Positions 20,862-27,601 of a stretch of 32,000 nt of DNA are shown here, piece after piece. A program made the translations under genes and the position numbers. The stretch is from contig OY759724.1 of the NCBI GenBank assembly GCA_963662715.1, forward strand, positions 1,470,001-1,502,000. The letters are read 5' to 3'. The notes under the pieces were generated by a model, which was not told the origin of the DNA, searched no databases, and saw only the letters and a program-made list of their open reading frames with translations. How positions within the stretch are numbered: the first letter of the stretch is position 1; every line of letters begins with the position of its first letter. Source of the DNA: Candidatus Omnitrophota bacterium. GTDB lineage: Bacteria > Omnitrophota > Gorgyraeia > Zapsychrales > JANLHA01.

Positions 20862-21500
20862 ATGGGAAAAGTTAAATTAACAAAAGGCGAACTGAAACGC
20901 CAGCGCGACAGCTTGAAGCAGTTCCGGCACTATCTCCCGACGCTGCAGCTTAAGAAACAACAGCTGCAGATGAAAATCCTGGAGATCCGTAAGCTGCTTA
21001 AGGAGAAGGAAGCTTCCCTGGCCAGGCAGAAAGAGGAGATCGGCCGCTGGGTGGGCCTGCTTTCCGATTCTTTGCTGCCGGAGACGGTGGACCTCCGGTC
21101 ATGGCTTATCCCGGATCATCAGGATGTTCTGATCGGCACAATGAATATTGCCGGTGCCGATGTCCCGGTCTTAAAAGAGATTAAGTTTAAGGTCCCGGAT
21201 TATGATTTGTTCGTTGTGCCGTTTTGGGTGGACCGCGGGCTTGCGGATTTAAAGAACTACCTGCACGATTTTATCGAGATAGGGATTATTAAAGAGCAAA
21301 TTCATGTCCTGCAGAAGGAATTGCGGGTGACAACCCAGCGGGTCAACTTATTTGAAAAAGTCAAAATCCCCGAGTGCCTGGAACATATCCGGGTGATCCG
21401 TATTTACCTGGGGGATCAGCAGTCGAACGCCGTCGGGATCAGTAAAGTCGCAAAGAAGAAAATCGAGGCGGCAGCCGAATTGGAAGCCGCCGCGGCGTAA
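20862..21500 (+). CDS. ntpD: V-type ATPase subunit D
   Basis: LTKGELKRQRDSLKQFRHYLPTLQLKKQQLQ coiled-coil N-terminus and operon position. Confidence 0.85.
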   Translation: MGKVKLTKGELKRQRDSLKQFRHYLPTLQLKKQQLQMKILEIRKLLKEKEASLARQKEEIGRWVGLLSDSLLPETVDLRSWLIPDHQDVLIGTMNIAGADVPVLKEIKFKVPDYDLFVVPFWVDRGLADLKNYLHDFIEIGIIKEQIHVLQKELRVTTQRVNLFEKVKIPECLEHIRVIRIYLGDQQSNAVGISKVAKKKIEAAAELEAAAA

Positions 21501-21516
21501 AAGGATAGAGGCCAGA

Positions 21517-23262
21517 ATGATTGTTCCGATGAAAAAAGTTTTTCTGATTGTTCAGAACCGGGATGTTGAGCCTGCGCTCAAACGTTTGCGTGAGCTGGGT
21601 GTCCTGCACGTGGCTCATTTGCGCCTCCCCAAGAGCAGCGGGATTAACCAGCTGAAAGACGATATTAAGCTTTTAGAGCAGGCGGTTAACTATTTGACGC
21701 ATGAACATAAAAACCCTCAGCAAGTCGAGGCGCCGGACTGGAAGGAAACGGCTGATGTTGTTCTCGGCCTGGCGGCGCTGATGGACCGTGACCGGGAAGG
21801 AATTGCCAAGCGCCAGGTGCAGATTGAACAGTGGGAGCCCTGGGGGGATTTCAGCCTGGAAGATATCGAACAGCTGCGCGCCAAAGGACTGAAAGTCGAA
21901 CTTGTGGAAGTCCCGGAGAAAGACGTCTCTTCTGCGCCCGAGGGAGTCATCCTTGCGCCGGTCTTTGTCAAACACAAAATCGCCCGGTGTATGGCCTTGT
22001 CTTATAAAGACGGGGATATCCCCTATAAAATCCTGCCGCTTCCCCATCAGCGGCTGCGTCGGATTAAAGAAGAACAGGGGCGGCTGCGGAAGCGGATCAA
22101 AAAGGCTCATCAGCAGATGTTTGACAACAGCAGGTATCTCGACCATTTGAAAAAAGTTTTGGCCCGGCTGAAAGACGATCTTGACTTTAAAACGGTTTTG
22201 GAAGGGCGGGGCGGGGACAAACAGCTGAGTGTTATCCAGGGGTTTTGTCCGCAGGATTTGACCCCGCAGCTGGAATCATCGGCCAGGACAGAACAATGGG
22301 GTGTTCTGTTTGAAGACCCGAAGGAAGAAGACCAGGTGCCGACTTTGTTGAGAAATCCCAAATGGGTGGAGACGGTGAACCCCTTGTTTGATTTGACAAA
22401 CATCATCCCCGGATACCGGGAGCTGGATGTCAGCCCGTTCTTCCTGGTGTTTTTTTCTTTGTTCGTCGGGATTTTAATCGGCGATGCCGGGTACGGCACG
22501 CTGATATTGCTGGCGGCGGTTTTTTTCCGGCATAAACTCAGGAAAAAGAATCAGGAGACAGACAAGGTGAAGCTGGCTTTCCGGCTGGGGTTTTTGCTGT
22601 GCGGGTGTGTGATCGCGTGGGGCGTGTTGACCGGCACGTATTTCGGGCAAGCCTGGCTGACCGGAAAGATTAAACCTTTGATTCCCTGGTTAACAAATGA
22701 AAAGAATGTTCAGCTTGTATGCTTTATCATCGGAGGCGTGCACCTGAGCATCGCGCACGGCTGGCGTGCCGTTTTAAAAATGCCCCGGCTACACTTTCTT
22801 TCCGATGTCGGATGGATATTATTCATATGGGGGATGTTTTTCTGGGTTAAGTTTTTTGTGCTTGGCAGCAGCCTGCCTTCTTTTGCTAACTGGCTGGCAG
22901 GGGCGGGCATGGTGCTGGTTTTATTCATGACTTGTCCTAACAGGAATCCGTTGATTTCTTTGCGGGATCTCGGTGTGAACATCGTATTTGATTTTATCAG
23001 TACTTTTACAGATATTATTTCTTATATACGCCTTTTTGCTGTGGGACTGGCGACGGTGGCGGTGGCAGACGCCGCCAATTCCATGGGGCCTGTATGGATT
23101 ATTATTTTATACACCGTGAATATCATTTTGGCTGTTCTGGCTTTGGTGGTGCACGGCATACGGTTAAATACATTAGAGTTTTCCACGCATTTGGGATTGC
23201 AGTGGGCCGGGTTTGAATACAGCCCTTTTAAAAAGAAAAATTTTTTGAAAAAGTCCGTTTAA
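21517..23262 (+). CDS. ntpI: V-type ATPase subunit I (a-subunit, stator/ion channel)
   Basis: About 300 aa soluble N-terminal half, then multiple TM helices including the conserved R in ISYIRLFAVGLA. Confidence 0.85.
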   Translation: MIVPMKKVFLIVQNRDVEPALKRLRELGVLHVAHLRLPKSSGINQLKDDIKLLEQAVNYLTHEHKNPQQVEAPDWKETADVVLGLAALMDRDREGIAKRQVQIEQWEPWGDFSLEDIEQLRAKGLKVELVEVPEKDVSSAPEGVILAPVFVKHKIARCMALSYKDGDIPYKILPLPHQRLRRIKEEQGRLRKRIKKAHQQMFDNSRYLDHLKKVLARLKDDLDFKTVLEGRGGDKQLSVIQGFCPQDLTPQLESSARTEQWGVLFEDPKEEDQVPTLLRNPKWVETVNPLFDLTNIIPGYRELDVSPFFLVFFSLFVGILIGDAGYGTLILLAAVFFRHKLRKKNQETDKVKLAFRLGFLLCGCVIAWGVLTGTYFGQAWLTGKIKPLIPWLTNEKNVQLVCFIIGGVHLSIAHGWRAVLKMPRLHFLSDVGWILFIWGMFFWVKFFVLGSSLPSFANWLAGAGMVLVLFMTCPNRNPLISLRDLGVNIVFDFISTFTDIISYIRLFAVGLATVAVADAANSMGPVWIIILYTVNIILAVLALVVHGIRLNTLEFSTHLGLQWAGFEYSPFKKKNFLKKSV

Positions 23263-23275
23263 TAAGGAGAAGAAA

Positions 23276-23722
23276 ATGGAACAAACTTTTTTGACGCAAT
23301 TAAGTGACCTGGGTGTGGCAGCAGCGGTGTCCATGGCGGCCATGGGGTCTGCTTTGGGGACCGGGGTCGCGGGGATGTCGGCTGTGGGGGCCTGGAAAAA
23401 ATGTTTTGCGCAAAGTAAAACTGCTCCGTTTATGCTGGTGGCTTTTGTCGGCGCGCCTTTGTCACAAACGATTTACGGTATGATCCTTATGGGCAAAATC
23501 GCCACAGCCGCGCAAGCCGGACAGTATTATTGGAGTATCGGCCTCTTGGGCGGCGCGGCCATGGGAATGTCGGCCTGGATGCAGGGGAAGGCAGGAGCGG
23601 GTGCGGCAGACGCTTTAGCTGAGACAGGTAAAGGGTTCACGAATTATATGATGGTTCTGGGGATCATCGAAACCGTGGCCCTGTTTGTCATGGTCTTTTT
23701 GCTGGGGAAGGTCGGAGCGTAA
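23276..23722 (+). CDS. ntpK: V-type ATPase proteolipid subunit K (double-hairpin c subunit)
   Basis: 148 aa with four Gly/Ala-rich TM helices and a single carboxylate in helix 4 (GIIETVALF). Confidence 0.85.
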   Translation: MEQTFLTQLSDLGVAAAVSMAAMGSALGTGVAGMSAVGAWKKCFAQSKTAPFMLVAFVGAPLSQTIYGMILMGKIATAAQAGQYYWSIGLLGGAAMGMSAWMQGKAGAGAADALAETGKGFTNYMMVLGIIETVALFVMVFLLGKVGA

Positions 23723-23751
23723 GACCTTTTGAAAGAAGACAATAAGCTTTA

Positions 23752-23780
23752 TTGACAGATTGTTTGCCATGTTGTATTAT
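23752..23780 (+). promoter_or_regulatory. sigma70-type promoter for the tRNA-Val/tRNA-Asp pair
   Basis: TTGACA (23752-23757), 17 nt, then TATTAT (23775-23780), 13 nt before the tRNA. Confidence 0.55.
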
Positions 23781-23793
23781 GACAGCACTTTAG

Positions 23794-23870
23794 GGGCGAT
23801 TAGCTCAGCTGGTTAGAGCGTCTGACTTACATTCAGGAGGTCGAGGGTTCGATCCCTTCATCGCCCACCA
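23794..23870 (+). tRNA. tRNA-Val (anticodon UAC), CCA encoded
   Basis: Acceptor GGGCGAT/ATCGCCC and D arm GCTC..GAGC. The anticodon stem TCTGA/TCAGG closes the loop CTTACAT. The T arm is GAGGG-TTCGATC-CCTTC, followed by ACCA. Confidence 0.92.
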
Positions 23871-23932
23871 AAATTTTGCTTTACAAAAAACTTATTACAT
23901 AATAAACTTATACTTTCCCAAAAGAATATTTT

Positions 23933-24010
23933 GGGCCCGTGGTGTAGCTTGGTTAACATATCTGACTGTCGATCAGAAGACCGCGAGTTCAAATCTCGTC
24001 GGGCCCGCCA
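23933..24010 (+). tRNA. tRNA-Asp (anticodon GUC), CCA encoded
   Basis: Acceptor GGGCCCG/CGGGCCC and D stem GTGT/ACAT. The anticodon stem TCTGA/TCAGA closes the loop CTGTCGA. The T arm is GCGAG-TTCAAAT-CTCGT, followed by GCCA. Confidence 0.92.
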
Positions 24011-24016
24011 AATAGC

Positions 24017-24050
24017 AAAAAGGACTTCCCCAGAAGGGGAAGTCCTTTTT
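24017..24050. terminator. Bidirectional intrinsic terminator
   Basis: AAAA-AGGACTTCCCC-agaa-GGGGAAGTCCT-TTTT: a perfect 11-bp stem flanked by an A-run and a T-run. Confidence 0.8.
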
Positions 24051-24059
24051 GCATGTAAG

Positions 24060-24361
24060 CCGTGCTTGACAGTTTGAACTCGTATCCTGCGAAGCAGGAC
24101 GGGTTCGATTACGGGTTACCTTAAATAATAATTTAGGGAAAGCCGGAATCCAGGATGCCGCGAAGCGGCACCGCCAATCGAGTCGGGGACCTTATCTGAC
24201 AGGTCCACAGTTTGATTTGCCAGCGAAGCTACGGGTTTGATTGCGGCTTGCCGCAACACATAAGGTGCAGGGTTGATCCATAGCATACCGAAGCACCTTG
24301 TTTCAATATGATCCCCCGTAATCAATATCCCTCCTTTTACCACGAGGCAGGAGGGCTTTTT
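24060..24361 (+). ncRNA. Candidate structured non-coding RNA or repeat-hairpin element of unknown class
   Basis: No credible ORF. There are at least 7 hairpins, including three GCGAAGC-centred ones (24089, 24160, 24223) and a CUUG-loop hairpin (24240-24255). It ends in CCCTCCT..AGGAGGG plus CTTTTT (24329-24361). Strand and ends are uncertain. Confidence 0.35.
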
Positions 24362-24502
24362 CTTGTCCCTTCATTTGTCCCCAATACCCCTTTTTGCGCC
24401 ACGAAAATCCACGCTCTGGCACGGGAACATTTCAAGAGCGCTTGTAATGCAAAAAAATCGTATTTATGTGAAAAAAGGTCAGTTTTTGGGCGTATCGGGC
24501 TA

Positions 24503-24531
24503 TTGACAGAGCGAAAAAGAAGGATGATACT
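24503..24531 (+). promoter_or_regulatory. Possible sigma70 promoter at the core/island boundary
   Basis: TTGACA (24503-24508), 17 nt, then GATACT (24526-24531). Confidence 0.3.
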
Positions 24532-24685
24532 GTGTAGATGATGTCTTATAGTTATAAAGTGTCGATGTGATAATAAAAAATGTAGAAAGAAAAGATAAAA
24601 TTAAAACCTAACAACTACAGCGGCGTCTTTCGCCACCTTCGACAGGCTACGCGTATCCCCGAGTCCTGTTGCGTTAGATAAAACA

Positions 24686-24781
24686 ATGGTAGAAAAAATT
24701 ATATTTACATTATTAAGTACCGTCATTGCATTATTAGCTACAACTATAATACAATATATACATAAACAGCTAACAACTTAA
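24686..24781 (+). CDS. Hypothetical 31-aa hydrophobic peptide (MVEKIIFTLLSTVIALLATTIIQYIHKQLTT)
   Basis: An ATG..TAA ORF read by hand, below the ORF-track cutoff. It has one predicted TM helix, no clear SD, and follows a GC-rich hairpin patch at 24616-24678. Confidence 0.2.
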   Translation: MVEKIIFTLLSTVIALLATTIIQYIHKQLTT

Positions 24782-24882
24782 TTCATCTTAAGGAATCATA
24801 TCCTCAAAGACAGATTGAAGATTTTTCGGTGATAATTGACCTAATATTTTATTAATCGTTACTTACAGTTTAGCGAGGTGTT

Positions 24883-27582
24883 ATGCCAATAAATGATTCA
24901 TTACTAAACCGGCTTTATTCATCAGCAGCTTTGAATACGGATGATTTTAAGCTTTTAAGAAAGCCCAACAATCATCCTTATGCAGCCATTTTTCGACAGA
25001 ATTTTTTTAGTCCAGATTCATGGCGTCAGTCAATTCTGCGAAAATTGAAGGATCGAATTCAATTCTCTAAGGGCGGTGCTTTCTTGGTTAGTGGTTATCG
25101 GGGCACAGGGAAAAGTACCTTTTTGAATTATTTGCTTTATGAGTTGGAACCTAATGATAATAATCCGTCTGATCAGGAAAAGGGAAAGGAAACAATAAAA
25201 TTCATTTCAGCAACCATCAACTTAAGTAGTTTTTCTTTTGAAAATTTAAAGTACGATCTTATTAATTTGATTGCTATTCAATTAGAAGACATGTGGCCAG
25301 AGGGGCAAGATAGAAGGTCGTTAAAATCCCTTCAAGAAGCACTTTTTTTTGCGCAGAGTAAAAGTGATACTAGAAAAGAGCTCAATCGACTGAATATAAC
25401 GCCGAATCTAGAGTTCCTTTCTTTGAAAGTTGGTGGAGAAGTTGAAAGAGAAAAGGTCTCGGAAGCTGTATTGGTTTCTTCGTTAAAGGATAATTTGTAT
25501 TACGTTGAAAAATTGCTTAAGGAGGCTTTGAAAGACTTAAGTTTGGCCAATAAAAGGCTGATTTTTGTTTTGGACGAATTAGACAAACTCCCTCTTTTTA
25601 CTCGTGAATCTGAAATGGTTCGTTCAGGGGATTCGGCGGTAAAGGATGAACAACCCCGCTACACGGATTATATGGATCCAAGAAATATACGATCATTACT
25701 CGAGATGCTTTCGAATTTGAAGAATATATTTTTTGAAAGTGGTGTTATTTTTATCCTTGTCGTTAATAAGAATGTTTTTGATGTCCTAAAATCTAATTCA
25801 AGTCATGAAGATCTTCTGATTCATTTAATAACTGATGCCGTCTATATCCCATGCTACAGGAAAAATGAAATGAGGCTTTCTACTCTTTTTCCAGTTAAAG
25901 TACTTACTTCTAATAGGCATGAACATAAGAGCATATTAGAAAACTTTGAACTTTGTCTCTATTATGAATGCTCTGGGAATTTGCGTGTCTTTTTCCAGAT
26001 TCTCGCTAAGAAAATTAAAGATAAGGAATTAGTTATCACAGCTAATGAAGCGCATTATTTGAAGCAAAAGGTAAAGATATATGAGTTGAATGAACTTATT
26101 TATAACTATGTGTACGATGATGACCCGTCCGCATTCTCCCGCCTTTATGAATTTTTCACAAGAATATATAATTGGATGTTGTCTCGCCCAGAGAATAATG
26201 CTGCTATAACCGAAGAATCTTTCGGTTGGGAGGACGGGTGCCGTTGGGGGAAAATAATTTCTAGCTATTGTCGAGGCTTTGATAATAAACAAGATGAAGT
26301 TACCCGAAATTTAGAAGGATTTTGGCAAGAAGGAGTTGCGTTTAATAACTTTGAAGCTTTATTTACAATACTCAAAGAGAACGATCTTCTTGATAATTTT
26401 CCTGCAACAAATTATCTGATTCGTCGTCTTACTGATTTTAGCAAAATTATTGATGAAAAACGCTTTTTAACTATTGAGCGAGTTGTTCGCAACATGGATT
26501 TTCAAGAGTTTGAGTTTTCTGACACAATTGGCCGGTATCTTATTTATGTGTTGATTCCTTTAAATATAGCAATTCTTTACAACAATGGTGTGTTGGATAT
26601 AAAAAATAATTATCTCCAGTACACATATAGTCATACGCCGCGCCTACCGGAGTATCATTCTGGTTACGAATATGAACTTAAAGGTGACCTTCGGGGCGCC
26701 TTTGATCTGTACACAAAATATATTGCAGATAACCCTACTGATCTGGAGGCGCATAGGAAAAAGTTAACTGCTCTCTATTACATGTTAAAGTTTGGATTTT
26801 ATGACCCAGGAATTGATATTTTCTTGCACTGGGGTGATAGTGTTCAAAAGATGCTTCAAAATAATGTTTTGAATAGTCGCAGGGAAAAACCTTATTTAAG
26901 TTGCATTTTGTTTTTTCAATATCTTCTAAATCAATTTCAGAGATGGGAAAAAGAGACCAATAAAGACAATAAAAATAAAAGTTTTGAAAAAGATAATTTT
27001 GATGTGTTAGAAAAAATGGAGATGTGTTCTGCTGATTTAGGGGCAAGAGTCGAACCTAAAATATGGCATTTTTTCTTTTTGTATTGGACGAGAAATTATT
27101 TTGCTGCCTTTAATGTATTGAATAATGTTGTACGTGAGCAAAGAGACCCATTTCTATTTCTTTTAAATGGATTTATTTTAACACAGATAGGTTTTTATGA
27201 ACGAGCTTGGGAAAATATAAGAAAAGGCATGGAATGTCCCGGGAATTGGTTTATTCAAACACTGACACTGGTCGGGTTGTGGTCCTTAATTTGTAATTTA
27301 CGTGACAATACTGAGGCTCATAATTTTTTGCTTCATCTTAGAGGAGATCCTTGCATTGAAAATTTTGTCCGAAACATCGGCCGACCAGAGAAGCCTCTTT
27401 TAACTGAGTGCAGAGCTATGGCAGATATCTTGATTTTTTTGAATAAGCCTAAAGATGAAGTTCAATATTTCATCGGTCAACAAGAAATGATTCAAAGAAA
27501 ATTTCAGGGTTCTGCAAAATATGCGCAATTTGAGAGAATATATCAACACTTCCTTGCCCGAGTTGTAGGGCGGCTTGGATGA
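24883..27582 (+). CDS. Large P-loop (AAA+/STAND-like) NTPase with a helical, TPR-like C-terminal region and no recognisable effector domain
   Basis: 899-aa ORF in AT-rich DNA with a GAGG RBS. Walker A GYRGTGKST (aa 71-79), Walker B LIFVLDELD (aa 226-234), ILVVNKN, and a sensor-2-like CSGNLRVFF. TPR-like segment YELKGDLRGAFDLYTKYIADNPTDLEAH. Confidence 0.8.
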   Translation: MPINDSLLNRLYSSAALNTDDFKLLRKPNNHPYAAIFRQNFFSPDSWRQSILRKLKDRIQFSKGGAFLVSGYRGTGKSTFLNYLLYELEPNDNNPSDQEKGKETIKFISATINLSSFSFENLKYDLINLIAIQLEDMWPEGQDRRSLKSLQEALFFAQSKSDTRKELNRLNITPNLEFLSLKVGGEVEREKVSEAVLVSSLKDNLYYVEKLLKEALKDLSLANKRLIFVLDELDKLPLFTRESEMVRSGDSAVKDEQPRYTDYMDPRNIRSLLEMLSNLKNIFFESGVIFILVVNKNVFDVLKSNSSHEDLLIHLITDAVYIPCYRKNEMRLSTLFPVKVLTSNRHEHKSILENFELCLYYECSGNLRVFFQILAKKIKDKELVITANEAHYLKQKVKIYELNELIYNYVYDDDPSAFSRLYEFFTRIYNWMLSRPENNAAITEESFGWEDGCRWGKIISSYCRGFDNKQDEVTRNLEGFWQEGVAFNNFEALFTILKENDLLDNFPATNYLIRRLTDFSKIIDEKRFLTIERVVRNMDFQEFEFSDTIGRYLIYVLIPLNIAILYNNGVLDIKNNYLQYTYSHTPRLPEYHSGYEYELKGDLRGAFDLYTKYIADNPTDLEAHRKKLTALYYMLKFGFYDPGIDIFLHWGDSVQKMLQNNVLNSRREKPYLSCILFFQYLLNQFQRWEKETNKDNKNKSFEKDNFDVLEKMEMCSADLGARVEPKIWHFFFLYWTRNYFAAFNVLNNVVREQRDPFLFLLNGFILTQIGFYERAWENIRKGMECPGNWFIQTLTLVGLWSLICNLRDNTEAHNFLLHLRGDPCIENFVRNIGRPEKPLLTECRAMADILIFLNKPKDEVQYFIGQQEMIQRKFQGSAKYAQFERIYQHFLARVVGRLG

Positions 27583-27601
27583 GAGGAGGAAATTAATTGA
27601 T

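Noticed and set aside
9315-24010. tRNA-Arg lacks an encoded CCA whereas tRNA-Val and tRNA-Asp encode it
   Set aside because: Mixed CCA encoding within one genome is common, so it is not considered informative.
24066-24094. TTGACA hexamer at 24066-24071 as a promoter for the putative ncRNA
   Set aside because: No acceptable -10 hexamer lies at 16-18 nt spacing (GCGAAG at 17 nt, and TATCCT only 11 nt away).
24135-24240. Local resemblance to known RNA families: AGGGAAAGCCGGAAUCC to cobalamin riboswitch or RNase P P4, and GAGUCGGGG...UGCCAGCGAAG to the TPP riboswitch
   Set aside because: The diagnostic cores are missing: GUG.AA and the B12 box, GGAAAGUCC and ACAGAA.CCGGCUUA, and CUGAGA. No cobalamin or thiamine gene follows. 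The resemblance is treated as chance.
24532-24570. Possible iteron pair GTGTAGATGATG (24532-24543) and GTGTCGATGTGA (24559-24570) at the GC/AT boundary
   Set aside because: Only two imperfect copies (8/9 over the core) exist. There is no DnaA-box or Rep gene context, which is too weak to call.
26107-26124. YVYDDD in the 899-aa protein resembling a reverse-transcriptase YxDD motif, considered as a retron-like interpretation with the upstream structured RNA
   Set aside because: No other RT motifs (the PQG block, the motif A Asp context) are present in the correct order. The segment lies in the helical region after the NTPase module.
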